Assembly (NCBI GenBank): GCA_965223545.1
Contig: CBDCWY010000001.1
Coordinates: 1 to 39,602 of the forward strand
Source: Planctomycetota bacterium
GTDB taxonomy: Bacteria; Planctomycetota; UBA1135; UBA2386
Direction: 5' to 3'
DNA: 39,602 nt
Shown here: positions 23,570 through 33,073 of the stretch, in pieces
How positions within the stretch are numbered: the stretch's first letter is position 1
Layout: every line of letters begins with the position of its first letter
Position numbers and translations under genes: made by a program
Notes under the pieces: generated by a model
What the model saw: the letters and a program-made list of their open reading frames with translations, nothing else
The model's database searches: none
What the model was told of the DNA's origin: nothing

Positions 23570-25946
23570 CGCTGCCTCCGTTGGTCGGCCCGACCGAGGA
23601 GACCGGCGGCGGCGAGAGGGTCGAGGTCGCGCTGTTGATGTTCACGTTCTCGTCCAGGTCGGGCGGCGTCGTGTCGTCGTCGTCCAGGAGCTCGGGCGCG
23701 GCCGGTTGCAGCACGATCGTCGCGCTGTACTCGTCGGCGGGCTTGATGCGCACCACCTTCGCGTCGATCGCCTCGGTGTCCTCGCCCGACACGATCTCGC
23801 CGAACATGAACAGGTCTCCGATCGCGGGCAACGGCGTCGGCGCGCTGATCGGGCTGGCGAACGTGATGAACGACCGCAGCCCCGTGGGCGACTGCGACGT
23901 GCTCACGAAGGCGACGTCCTCGGCAACGCTCTTTCCGGTCGACGTGCTCCGGTAGCGCAGCAGGTAGAACGAGCCGCCCACGGTCGGGCACTCGACGTCG
24001 GTGGTCACCGCGACGACGTCCGACCCGCCGAGCGTGATGCCGACGATCTTCCCCGAGATGACGCCGAAGCCCGGCACGTCGTGCGTGATCTTCACCCAGG
24101 AGCCGGGCACGGCGTTGATGTACTCGGCGTCCATCGTCACGGTCCACGTCTCGTTGCGCAGGCGCATCGCCGCCAGGCTGTACCGGCCGATGCGCCAGGC
24201 ACCGCCGGCCGACGTGCAGCCCTCCACGTCGAGGCGGCTCACGTCCTCGGCGGTGGTCTCGGTGAAGCCCGTGTTCGGGACGACGCGGTCCGTGTCCAGC
24301 CAGTTCTGGTCCGGGTCGGTGAAGCCGACGCGGAGCGCGTTCGGCACGTCGGGGTGCTGGACGCTCGACGTGAAGCCCCACGAGTTGCGGGGCGTGACGT
24401 GCAGGACGGGCTCGCCCTCGAGCGGGAGCTCCTGCACGACGGTGAAGCGGCTGCCGACCTGCGTTGCGCGGGCGCGCCCGGAGGCCGCGACGAGCTTCAG
24501 CATCTGCCACACGGAACGACGTCGCGACTGGAGCGCGCGGCCGAACGTGAAGCCCAGCGCCTCGTTGCGCTCGTGCCAGTCCGCAAGCTCGGCGAGGTCG
24601 ATGCGCGCGTCGTCCACAGGCTTCCCGGTCGCCTCCCCCTGGAGCACGTGGCGGTACAGGCTGGCCGGGTTGTCCGTGGCGCGCTCGATCCACGTCATCG
24701 TGCCCTTGTCCCAATCCTTGGCGACGGTCGTCGCCACCAGGTTCAGGTCGTCGGTGTCGTTCTTCTGGTTGGTGAGCTGGATGCGCGCGGCGATGAACGA
24801 CAGGCCCGGCTCGACGACCGCCGGACCGGACCGGTTCACGACGATCGAGGACCACACCGTCTGATCGGAGACACCGGCCGCCGGCGGGGCCGTGACGCGG
24901 CGGAGCTCGATCTCGTACACGCCTGCGGTGAGGCCGCTCACGGTGCGCTGCCCGTAGAAAGGGTCGCGGGTCTTCGCGCGCAGGCGGAGCAGCGGGATCG
25001 TGATCCAGGGCGCGGTCCCCTGGAGCCTGTAGCGCCCCTGGACGCGCACGGTCGCGTTCTGGTACTTGCCCTTGCTGTCGACGAAGTAGAGGCCCTGCGG
25101 GCATCCGACGATCACCGTGAAGCCGATGCACTCGTCGACCGTCACGCGGCGCACCCAGCCCTTCGGCTGCGTCAGCCGCACGCTGGGGTTCTGCTGCACC
25201 ACGTTCTTCGCGTAGAGCGTGATCGCGGCGTCCGTCGGCGTACCCTGCCGGAACTCGAACTCGGTGTTCTTCCACAGCGTCGAGTCCGCCGCGATCCTCC
25301 CGGTGTACGTGATCGTCGTGCCGATCGGCAGCACACGGTCGAGACCGAAGCGCAGGTCATCGAACTCGACCGGCCCGTAGCCGCAGGTCAGCAGCACGTA
25401 CTGGACGAGCTTGCCGCCCTCGACGGTCCGGTAGGACGCCGCCGCCTGGTCCGGGTACATGCGAACGCGGCCGAGCACCTGGCCGATCCCCTCGTACGGA
25501 CGGGCCGCGTTGGCGAGCCCGCTTGCCGCGCGTCTGCCGCTCCGCTGCCTGTCGGGGTCGTCGTCCGGCGCTGGCGGGACCATCGACTGCTGGAGCATTC
25601 GCAGCCCGTAGACAGCTGCCGCAGCCGTGGTGATGAACGCCAGCGGCGCGAGGGCGACGCCCGCGCCCGGTCGGGGGCTGACGGTCAGAACGTCCCCGTC
25701 GCGCAGCGTCCGACCGGCGTCGCTCACCGCGACCGGATCGCCGTTCAGCTCGCAGTGGTCGAGCAGAGGGCGCGGTTCGAGCACTGCGACCGCGTCGCTG
25801 ATCGTTGTCCCCGCCTCGTGGTAGCTCGACGTCCACGCCTCGAACGGCGACGCGCGCCGCATGAGCAGCCACGTCCCCGGACGGTCGCGCCTCAGCAGCC
25901 GCCGCACGCGGCGGCGGAGCTCAACCCAGAGGCGTCTCAGCGGCAT
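23562..25946 (-). CDS. Tail tip / host-specificity protein (lambda J-like, with I-like N-terminus)
   Basis: LRDGDVLTVSPRPG; NAARPYEGIGQVLGRVRMYP; GVYEIELRR; TDNPA; RIDL...W. Confidence 0.85.
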   Translation of the reverse strand: MPLRRLWVELRRRVRRLLRRDRPGTWLLMRRASPFEAWTSSYHEAGTTISDAVAVLEPRPLLDHCELNGDPVAVSDAGRTLRDGDVLTVSPRPGAGVALAPLAFITTAAAAVYGLRMLQQSMVPPAPDDDPDRQRSGRRAASGLANAARPYEGIGQVLGRVRMYPDQAAASYRTVEGGKLVQYVLLTCGYGPVEFDDLRFGLDRVLPIGTTITYTGRIAADSTLWKNTEFEFRQGTPTDAAITLYAKNVVQQNPSVRLTQPKGWVRRVTVDECIGFTVIVGCPQGLYFVDSKGKYQNATVRVQGRYRLQGTAPWITIPLLRLRAKTRDPFYGQRTVSGLTAGVYEIELRRVTAPPAAGVSDQTVWSSIVVNRSGPAVVEPGLSFIAARIQLTNQKNDTDDLNLVATTVAKDWDKGTMTWIERATDNPASLYRHVLQGEATGKPVDDARIDLAELADWHERNEALGFTFGRALQSRRRSVWQMLKLVAASGRARATQVGSRFTVVQELPLEGEPVLHVTPRNSWGFTSSVQHPDVPNALRVGFTDPDQNWLDTDRVVPNTGFTETTAEDVSRLDVEGCTSAGGAWRIGRYSLAAMRLRNETWTVTMDAEYINAVPGSWVKITHDVPGFGVISGKIVGITLGGSDVVAVTTDVECPTVGGSFYLLRYRSTSTGKSVAEDVAFVSTSQSPTGLRSFITFASPISAPTPLPAIGDLFMFGEIVSGEDTEAIDAKVVRIKPADEYSATIVLQPAAPELLDDDDTTPPDLDENVNINSATSTLSPPPVSSVGPTNGGSGG

Positions 25947-26355
25947 CCGGGAAGTCTACAAGCCGCCAAGCGCCCATGCGCGTCGATGCCCAAGGGACGA
26001 CCGTGTACCGCGCGATCTCTGTTCCGCGGCCGATCAGCGAGTGCAGCATCATCCCGCGGCAGACCACGAGACCGACGTGCACGCCGCGGCGACGGCGGAA
26101 CGTCAGCACGGTTCCCGGTCGGTCGACGTCGAGCGCGGTGGCGGGACGCCAGTCGGACTCTGCGTGCGCGGCCCGCTGCTGCTGCGCCATCGACGCCGCG
26201 CGGACGCTGTGCAGGGCGGGCAGCTCCACGCGGAACGCTGCGCGGAAGCCCGCGCGCACGACGCCCCAGCAGTCGAACTCGTCCGGACCGTCCGCGCCGA
26301 GGCGGAACGGCTTGCCGGTGAGGGCCTTCGCCCAGGACGGGACGCCAGCGCTCAC
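25921..26355 (-). CDS. NlpC/P60-family tail assembly protein (lambda K-like)
   Basis: GKPFRLGADGPDEFDCWGVV...HVGL...MLHS, with the Cys-His-His set intact. Confidence 0.88.
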   Translation of the reverse strand: MSAGVPSWAKALTGKPFRLGADGPDEFDCWGVVRAGFRAAFRVELPALHSVRAASMAQQQRAAHAESDWRPATALDVDRPGTVLTFRRRRGVHVGLVVCRGMMLHSLIGRGTEIARYTVVPWASTRMGAWRLVDFPDAAETPLG

Positions 26356-26454
26356 CGCTCACTCAGCCCTGTAGCAAAAACTGCAAACTTGCTTGCGGTT
26401 CTTGGCAATTCTTGACCGAAAGTGTCGCGCGGCGTCATCACAGGTCCGAAAACG

Positions 26455-26934
26455 TCAACGCGCGAACAGGCCCGGGAAACGGTTCGGCGTGTACGAGGCC
26501 TTGGGCCAGGGCTCGTCCAGCACCAGCGGCCCGCTGAGCCGCACCTGCACGGACTCGTCGTCGTACTGAAGGCCGCGCGACGACAGGTCCCAACGCGCGA
26601 TCGGGGCGTCGAGGTCGTCCGCCTCCACGATCTCGATTACGACCTCGGCGGGGGTCTTGAACTGCCGGAAGAGGTCGATGGCCACGCGGTCGGTCGCGTC
26701 GAAGAGCAGCGACGCCGAGGGGACGCCCTCCGCGCTCTCCGCAGGGGCGGTGACGTCGAAGCCGCGCGCCGAGTAGACGTCGCCTCGGCTCGTGACGTCC
26801 ACGAGGTCGCGTGCGTAGCGGACAGGCGACGTCAGGGTCTCGTGGTCCACCGTGAGCAGCGCCAGCAGCAGGACGTCGCTGTACTGCGCGAACAGGCGCG
26901 AGAGGACGCCCTGCGGGATGCCTCGGTCGGGCAT
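26455..26934 (-). CDS. Minor tail protein (DUF1833/lambda L-like position)
   Basis: LLALLTVDHETL...VTSRGDVY...FDVTAP...EPWP...YTPNRFPGLF. Confidence 0.8.
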   Translation of the reverse strand: MPDRGIPQGVLSRLFAQYSDVLLLALLTVDHETLTSPVRYARDLVDVTSRGDVYSARGFDVTAPAESAEGVPSASLLFDATDRVAIDLFRQFKTPAEVVIEIVEADDLDAPIARWDLSSRGLQYDDESVQVRLSGPLVLDEPWPKASYTPNRFPGLFAR

Positions 26935-27309
26935 TTACGGCGTCACCACGACGACCAGGCGGACGTCGCCGATCCACGCCCGCGCGTCGTCGGGTCCTCC
27001 GCGGACCATGCGCCAGATCGGCCGCGCCTCGAACAGGTAGTCCAGCGTCTCGGCGTCGTCGGTCGGGTGGTCCCACTCGAACGCGAGCGAGCCGTTCGCG
27101 AGGGTCGTCTCGTAGAAGACGCGGAAGGTCTCTCGCTGCGTGTTCGTGAGCACGAGTCCCGGCAGCGTTACGCGCCGCACGCCGAGCGACGTCCTGCGCC
27201 GCACCTTCGGCGGTCCGAGGTCGGGCTGCGAACGCACGACGCTCTCGCCGAGGTCGTCCTGCACGTTGAAGGGCATCCCGGGGAGCGTCGCGGGCCAGGG
27301 CGTTGCCAT
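26935..27309 (-). CDS. Distal tail protein (lambda M-like)
   Basis: WPATLP...VRSQPDLGPPKVRRR...FYETTLANGSLAFEW; directly after the tape measure gene. Confidence 0.82.
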   Translation of the reverse strand: MATPWPATLPGMPFNVQDDLGESVVRSQPDLGPPKVRRRTSLGVRRVTLPGLVLTNTQRETFRVFYETTLANGSLAFEWDHPTDDAETLDYLFEARPIWRMVRGGPDDARAWIGDVRLVVVVTP

Positions 27310-27310
27310 C

Positions 27311-30172
27311 TCAGGTGCTCCTCGGGGGGCGGGTGCTGCCGGTGGCGGCCTCGATCGCGTCGGCGGTGCGTCCGCCCGAGCGCAAGTCCGCGCGGACGGT
27401 CTCGATCACGACCTCGGTGACGCCGTTCGCGCTGTTCGAGGACGTCACCATGCCCTTCGTGCCCGCGCCCTCGTTGATGACGATGTTCACGGTCGGCTGC
27501 GCGGGTCCGACCCCAGCCGCCCCGCCCGGGGACGCGGCGGCCGAACGCGGTGTGAACGTCACCATCTCGCCCGGCGTGGCACGCGCCAGCACGAACGCGC
27601 TGTCCGGTCCGGTGCTCTGCCCCCCGACGACGTACGAACCGCCCAGGCGGTTGCGCGGCGCGGCCTGCGTGATCCCGGACAGACCCGTCAGCGCGGACGT
27701 GAACGCCGACGTGAACGACGTCGCCCCCGTCGCCGCCGTAGATCCGCCCGAGAAGATGCTCGTGAGGAGCGCCAGCACCGCGGCCTGGGCGATCATCTGC
27801 ACGATGTTCGTCAGGAACGTGACGGCGAACTCCTTGAACGCCTGCTTCGCCGACTTGGTGCCCATCACGATCGACGTGAACGCTCCGCCGATGCCCTGCG
27901 CGAGGGACTGGCCGAGCTTCTTCCCGACCGCCGCCAGGTCGGACATGCCCTTGCCCGCGGCGGTGATCCCGTCGACCAGGCCGCCGAAGAAGCCTCCGCC
28001 CCCGGCACCGCCCGGTGCGCCGCCGCCTTCGCCGCCCGCGGTCGGCAGCCCCTTGCCCGCGCCCTTTCCGCTCGCGGTCTCGACGAAGTTCGCCAGGCTC
28101 TCGCTCGCCCCGTCGCTGGCGATCGCGAACTGGTCCATCTGCGAGGCCGCCGCGGTCAGCGTGTCGCCGAGGGCGGCCATCGCGTCGGTGCCGGGCCCGG
28201 CGGGTGACGTGTCGAGGCCCAGGCCGGGGAGCGCGCCCGGCTGCTCGCCCGGTGCGCCGGTCTGACCGCCGATCAGCGGCGAGAGCGCCCCCGGCACGCC
28301 CGGCGCCATCGCGCCCGAGGCCGCCGCGCCGAGCTCGGTGAACTTCGACGTTGCCCGCGAGACCTCCTTCGTGAGCGTCCCGATGATGTTGACCGTCTGC
28401 ACGGCGACCGTCGTCGCCATGTCGCCCCAGAGCTCGTTCCAGAACTGCTGCACCTTCGCCCACAGGGCAAACACCTTGTTCACGATCGGCTCGATCTTCT
28501 CGAGGAGCCAGGTGAACACCGCGTTGCGCAGGTCGATGAGGCGGTTGGTGACCTCCGTTCGGAACGTCTCGAAGATGTTCAGGATCGGCTGGAGCGCGCC
28601 CCTGATCGGGGCCAGCAGGTTGTTGAACGTGTCGACAAGGAACGTCGAGGCGTTCGACGCCAGCGTGCGCAGCGCGTTAGAGGACTCGTCGGACACCTGA
28701 AGGAACGCGGGGCTGATCTCGCCGAGGATGCTGCGCACGAGACCGGGGACGCGGCGCAGGTTGCGGTCGAACACCTGCACGATCGCCGCCCAGAACTCGC
28801 CCAGAGCCGCCTTCACCGACTCGGGCATGAGGACGAACGCGGCGATGAGGCCGCCCGCTCCGACGATGGCGGCGACGACCAGGCCGATCGGGCTGAGGAG
28901 CGCGGCAAGCCCTGCGCCCAGAGCGGGCAACGCGACGAGAACGGCACCAGCCGCCAACGCGAGCGGCCCGAGCGCAGCAGCGAGGGCAGCGCCCAGAACG
29001 ATCGCGGTCTTCATCGTCGGACTCAGCCCGGCGAAGCGCTCCGCAAGGCCGGAAACGACCTCGCTCATCTTGATGATCGCGGGAACCAGGACCGGCAGCA
29101 CCGCGTCGCCGAGACGGATCATCGCCACCTGGATCGACGCCAGCGCGCGGTCCATCTCGAAGCCGGGCCCCTGCACCGCCTTGAACGCCGCGCCCAGCTC
29201 AGGGATGCCCGAGCGCGCCATGCGGCCGAAGATGCCGTTGACGCCCGCGGCGTTCTTCCCGACCAGGCCGAGCACGCCGACCAGACCCTCGACGTTCGGG
29301 AAGAGCTCGGCCAGCGCGTCGACGTTGCCGTCGACCGCGTCGCTCAGGAACTGGAGCGTGGCCAGCAGCCCGTCCTCGGCCAGCATCGTGCGCACGTCGT
29401 CGAGGGAGATGCCCATGTCCTCGAACGCCTGGGCGGCCTGTGTGCTCGGCTTGATGATCGCCGAGAACACGCCCTTCAGCGCGGTCACCGACTCGCTGGC
29501 GGACGTGCCGAGGCGGGTCATCGCGGCGATGGCCGCCCCGACCTCGTTGAACTCGACGCCCAGGGCGGCGGCGATGGGCAGGACGCGTCCGAGAACCGGC
29601 GCGAGCGAGGACGCCTCGGCGTTGCCCTCGCGCACCGCGGCGACCAGCTGCCCGGTCGCCGTGGCCGCGTCCAGCGTCTCCGACCCGTACGCCTCCATCG
29701 CCGCCGTGACCGTGAGCGCGATGGCGCTGACGTCGCCCAGACCGGCCGCGCTGGCGCGCGCCGCCGCGTCGAGGGTCGCGATCGCCGTCGCGCCGCGCTG
29801 ACCGGCCGACGTCACCCGCTCCATCGCCTCCTGGAGCGCCTGCGGGCCGACTCCGGTGGCTGTCGCGAGGTCGAGCACCTGCGACTTGAACGCCGCGACC
29901 TCCTTCGACGTGAGGCCCACGACGGCCTGCATCCGCTTGCCAGCGCGGTCGAAGTCTGTGGCGATCTTCGCCGTTGCCGCGCCGAGCCCGACCAGGGGCA
30001 GAGTGACCGACTTCGTCAGGGACGCCCCGATCGCGCCCAGGCGCGCGCCCATGTTCTGCACCGTGTCGGACACGACACGCTGGGCGGCGCCCAGCTGCCG
30101 CCTGAGAGACGCCGTGTCGACGCGGATCGCGACGAGCGCTTCGCCGAGGGGGACGCTCGGCCCGTTAGCCAC
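27311..30172 (-). CDS. Tail tape measure protein (TP901-like core)
   Basis: 953 aa, Ala/Gly-rich; LTKSVTLPLVGLG...DFD; C-terminal GG...GPDS...ATPGEMV. Confidence 0.95.
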   Translation of the reverse strand: MANGPSVPLGEALVAIRVDTASLRRQLGAAQRVVSDTVQNMGARLGAIGASLTKSVTLPLVGLGAATAKIATDFDRAGKRMQAVVGLTSKEVAAFKSQVLDLATATGVGPQALQEAMERVTSAGQRGATAIATLDAAARASAAGLGDVSAIALTVTAAMEAYGSETLDAATATGQLVAAVREGNAEASSLAPVLGRVLPIAAALGVEFNEVGAAIAAMTRLGTSASESVTALKGVFSAIIKPSTQAAQAFEDMGISLDDVRTMLAEDGLLATLQFLSDAVDGNVDALAELFPNVEGLVGVLGLVGKNAAGVNGIFGRMARSGIPELGAAFKAVQGPGFEMDRALASIQVAMIRLGDAVLPVLVPAIIKMSEVVSGLAERFAGLSPTMKTAIVLGAALAAALGPLALAAGAVLVALPALGAGLAALLSPIGLVVAAIVGAGGLIAAFVLMPESVKAALGEFWAAIVQVFDRNLRRVPGLVRSILGEISPAFLQVSDESSNALRTLASNASTFLVDTFNNLLAPIRGALQPILNIFETFRTEVTNRLIDLRNAVFTWLLEKIEPIVNKVFALWAKVQQFWNELWGDMATTVAVQTVNIIGTLTKEVSRATSKFTELGAAASGAMAPGVPGALSPLIGGQTGAPGEQPGALPGLGLDTSPAGPGTDAMAALGDTLTAAASQMDQFAIASDGASESLANFVETASGKGAGKGLPTAGGEGGGAPGGAGGGGFFGGLVDGITAAGKGMSDLAAVGKKLGQSLAQGIGGAFTSIVMGTKSAKQAFKEFAVTFLTNIVQMIAQAAVLALLTSIFSGGSTAATGATSFTSAFTSALTGLSGITQAAPRNRLGGSYVVGGQSTGPDSAFVLARATPGEMVTFTPRSAAASPGGAAGVGPAQPTVNIVINEGAGTKGMVTSSNSANGVTEVVIETVRADLRSGGRTADAIEAATGSTRPPRST

Positions 30173-30500
30173 GGTTGTCTCGCGGTCGGTTCACGGCGTC
30201 CTGCGCTCTCCTGAAGAACTCGTCCTTCTCGGCGAGCATGGTAGCCGCGTCGACCTTCTCGGGGCGCAGATCGAGGAACTTGCGCAGGTCGGGCAGCCGC
30301 TTGCCGCCCATCGACATGCCGCTGAGCGCGGCGGTCCACCAGGCGATCTCGCGGGCCTGCTGGGCGTCGCGCAGGCGGCGTGCACGCGCCATCGTCACGA
30401 ACTCACCGGGGGTCAGGTCCCAGAAGACGTGGAGCTGGACGCCGAGCTCTTCGGCCTCACGCTCGCGCTCAGGCCACGTCAGCGGGGCTCGTCTTTTCCC
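30165..30500 (-). CDS. Tail assembly chaperone T part, reached by -1 frameshift
   Basis: The -1 frame from GGGAAAA is open: RRAPLTWPERE...VFWDLTPGEFVTM...; FW-x-LTP-x-E is typical of these chaperones. Confidence 0.75.
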   Translation of the reverse strand, partial: GKRRAPLTWPEREREAEELGVQLHVFWDLTPGEFVTMARARRLRDAQQAREIAWWTAALSGMSMGGKRLPDLRKFLDLRPEKVDAATMLAEKDEFFRRAQDAVNRPRDNRG

Positions 30501-30958
30501 TCTTCGGCGCGCTCGTCCGACTCGCTCTCGTCTTCGGCCGCGGTCTCAACCGACAGGTTGAGCGCCCGGGACAGCAGCGTGACGACCTTCGCTGTCCCCA
30601 GGTCGTCGAGCATCGCGAGCACGTCCTGCTGGCCTAGCTCGTCACGCTCCGAGCGTGACTGCCGCCGCCATCCCTCGAGACCCGCGCGCATCAATGTCGC
30701 GCTTGTCATCGGCGAGAGGAGGGGCGAGTTGGCGCGCGCGAGAGCCGCTGCGGTGACCACGGTCCGCTGCGCCTCGCTGGCGTCCTCGCCGAGCGCCGCG
30801 GTCGCCTCGACCGCCTTCTGCATGGACTCCGCCATCCGCGCCCGCAGCAGCGACAGGGTCTCACCCGACCACATCTCGTACAGGTACTCGGCGGCGAACG
30901 TGAAGCGGACGCCGTACTGGCGGCCCTTGTGCTTGAACGTGGCGGTGGTAGGGCGCAT
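30479..30958 (-). CDS. Tail assembly chaperone G
   Basis: Between tail tube and tape measure genes; ends EEGKDEPR over the slippery site. Confidence 0.8.
   Translation of the reverse strand: MRPTTATFKHKGRQYGVRFTFAAEYLYEMWSGETLSLLRARMAESMQKAVEATAALGEDASEAQRTVVTAAALARANSPLLSPMTSATLMRAGLEGWRRQSRSERDELGQQDVLAMLDDLGTAKVVTLLSRALNLSVETAAEDESESDERAEEGKDEPR
30494..30500 (-). other. Programmed -1 frameshift heptamer G GGA AAA
   Basis: X XXY YYZ in the correct phase near the end of chaperone G. Confidence 0.85.
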
Positions 30959-31007
30959 CCGTGTCCTCCTGCGCGCAGTCTACGCGGCAGGGTGATACAC
31001 GCCAGCG

Positions 31008-31418
31008 CTACGGGAGCTGCGTCCAGCCTCCGGTCACCGATAGCTCGATGTTCGTGGTCGCGAGGTCGTTGTCCGGCGCGCGCTGCCCGAGCGACGTGAT
31101 GACGGCATCGGCCTCGAGGAACGGGGTGCCGTCCTTCTGCGCCTGCACCTTCACGAGGGTCGGCGGGTCGGCGAAGTACGCCGCCTGAAGGTCGAGGTAC
31201 GCCGCGTCGGTGTCGATCCAAGCGGCGTCCAGCGTCAGCGTCGAGTCGCGTCGCCCGGGAATCTTGATCGCGTCGTTGAAGTCCTTGCAGGACGCGTCGA
31301 TGGCTGTCGCGGTCAGGTCGAGCGTGTAGTCTCGCTGACCGGCCAGAACGACGAACGTACCCGGTGTAGAGGCGTCCTCGATGGCGACGACGATCTCTGT
31401 TCCGTTGAACTTGGGCAT
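31008..31418 (-). CDS. Major tail tube protein (TP901-1-like)
   Basis: NGTEIVV...LAGQRDYTLDLTATAIDASCKD...IPGRRD...ITSL...IELSVTG. Confidence 0.88.
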   Translation of the reverse strand: MPKFNGTEIVVAIEDASTPGTFVVLAGQRDYTLDLTATAIDASCKDFNDAIKIPGRRDSTLTLDAAWIDTDAAYLDLQAAYFADPPTLVKVQAQKDGTPFLEADAVITSLGQRAPDNDLATTNIELSVTGGWTQLP

Positions 31419-31478
31419 GGCGGCTCCTCCGACGGCTGCGCGAAGGGTAGCACGCCCCGTCGGCGCGGTGAACTACGC

Positions 31479-31904
31479 CTACGGGTCGGGTTCGTTCACC
31501 CAGGTCCGCAGCAGCAGCGTGCGGCCGACGAGCTTCGGGCCCGCTGCGCTCGGCGTCGGCCCGAACACGTTCACGAGCATCGTCGTCGTGCCGCCCGGGA
31601 CGGGGAAGGGCAGCCGGTGGAACAGCTCGCGGATGCGCTTGGACGGGCGTTCCTGCACGTCCGACTTGTCGCCCTCGTTCGAGTAGACGTCGATCTGCCG
31701 CAGCGTGTCGCGCGCCCTGGTGTTCTTCGTGTCGAGCGGGTCGTTCACGATGTTCCCGACGGTGACGACGAAGGGCGGCTCGGCGTCCTCCGGGATCGTG
31801 TCCTGGGTGAAGATCGCGGGGCTGCCGTGGTAGTCGGCGAGCAACCCGACCAGGGTCGGATCGCCCGCCATCACGTCGTAGACGGCCTGGGTGAGGTCGA
31901 GCAC
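31479..31904 (-). CDS. Tail completion/terminator protein (DUF3168-like)
   Basis: LTQAVYDVMAGDPTL...PPFVV...QIDVYS...IRELFH; position before the tail tube gene. Confidence 0.78.
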   Translation of the reverse strand: MLDLTQAVYDVMAGDPTLVGLLADYHGSPAIFTQDTIPEDAEPPFVVTVGNIVNDPLDTKNTRARDTLRQIDVYSNEGDKSDVQERPSKRIRELFHRLPFPVPGGTTTMLVNVFGPTPSAAGPKLVGRTLLLRTWVNEPDP

Positions 31905-31934
31905 GACGGAGAGTGTAGCTGATCGCGGGTGTCG

Positions 31935-32057
31935 CTACCCGGTCAGCATCAGGAACAGGAACAGGGCTCCCCCGAGTGCGGCAAACAGCAGCAGCGTGCA
32001 TCCGCAGCCGATCCAGAACCTCGACCATGCGGTGCTCTTCTTCTTCTTCTCGCTCAT
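31935..32057 (-). CDS. 40-aa membrane peptide, moron-like (not in ORF track)
   Basis: MSEKKKKSTAWSRFWIGCGCTLLLFAALGGALFLFLMLTG; strong SD GGGAGG. Confidence 0.65.
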   Translation of the reverse strand: MSEKKKKSTAWSRFWIGCGCTLLLFAALGGALFLFLMLTG

Positions 32058-32279
32058 TGCGATTTCCTCCCGCGCAACATTGCGCTGAGCAGGTCATCGA
32101 ACGTCGCGCAGGCGGACTTGAGCAAGGGCGGGGGTTTTCCGGTGTAGGCGGTCTGCGGCCTGTCCGTGGTAGGCGACAGGCCGAGCGTGGGCGCGACGCC
32201 TGCTAACAAACCGCCGCCGATCGCGGACGGAAGCTAGCGCCTGCGCAGGTTCTTAGCCGATCTCGGCGCGAGAAGCTTG

Positions 32280-32714
32280 CTACTCAACGCCGAAGATTTC
32301 GCGGACCTTGCCCAGCTTCCCGAAGAGCGCCGGGCGCAGGTAGGGGCGCGGCCCCTGCGAGACCATCCGGCCCGCGCGGTCGCGGCCGACGAAGCCCATC
32401 TCGAGGCGGCGCGCGTACGGCGCGAACCCCTTCCGCACGCCGATGAACCCGATCACCTCGCGCTGGGTGCGCTCGACGCTCTGCGCGATGTTCGCCCGCA
32501 GTACGCCCGTGACGACCTTCGGCGGCTCACCGGGCAGGGAGGGGTCGAGACCCCGCCTGCCCGCGCCCGAGCGCATCGTCGGTTGGGTGCGGCTGACCAA
32601 CACCTTCGCCTCGCGTTCGACCGCTCGCGTCGCGCGACCCATCAGGACGACGGCCCGATCGGCGAACTCGTTGGACGCGCCCGCGGCGTTCCACTTGGTC
32701 ACGCGGCCGGCCAT
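32280..32714 (-). CDS. HK97 gp10-like neck protein
   Basis: PSLPGEPPKVVTGVLRANI...PYARRLEMG...PRPYLRPAL. Confidence 0.85.
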   Translation of the reverse strand: MAGRVTKWNAAGASNEFADRAVVLMGRATRAVEREAKVLVSRTQPTMRSGAGRRGLDPSLPGEPPKVVTGVLRANIAQSVERTQREVIGFIGVRKGFAPYARRLEMGFVGRDRAGRMVSQGPRPYLRPALFGKLGKVREIFGVE

Positions 32715-33073
32715 CAGGTGTCGTCCCCCTGCTGGACCTCCAGGACGAACAGCCGCAGCGGGTCGGTCACGCGGCGCGGCGGCTGGCGGCGCACGATGCG
32801 CGCGCTCACGAGGTCGGGACCGTCGCGCTCGCCCCACTCGACGCGGTCACCGATCGAGGCGCGCAGGTCGGCGAGCGTGTCGACGATCCAGTCGGCGTGC
32901 ACGCCGCGCTGCATCGCCTCGACGCGCTCGCGAGAGGTCCGTGTCGCCGCCTCGCTGATCTGGCACAGGAACTCGCCCTGGTCGTCGAAGTCGCGAGACC
33001 AGCCGCCCTTGCCGTCGGAGACGCGGGAGGCCTGTAGCCACCGCGCGCGCATCTGCATCGACCCGGCGTTCAT
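32714..33073 (-). CDS. Head closure / head-tail adaptor (SPP1 gp16-like)
   Basis: MNAGSM...SDGKGGW...IGDRVEW; gene order. Confidence 0.7.
   Translation of the reverse strand: MNAGSMQMRARWLQASRVSDGKGGWSRDFDDQGEFLCQISEAATRTSRERVEAMQRGVHADWIVDTLADLRASIGDRVEWGERDGPDLVSARIVRRQPPRRVTDPLRLFVLEVQQGDDT

Noticed and set aside
23451..26321. 956-aa plus-strand ORF and similar long Arg/Pro/Ala-rich ORFs
   Set aside because: Shadow frames opposite well-supported tail genes.
32086..32279. tRNA (including tRNA-Sec) or hammerhead ribozyme
   Set aside because: No T-loop/anticodon cloverleaf and no CUGANGA core seen here or in 1983-2214.
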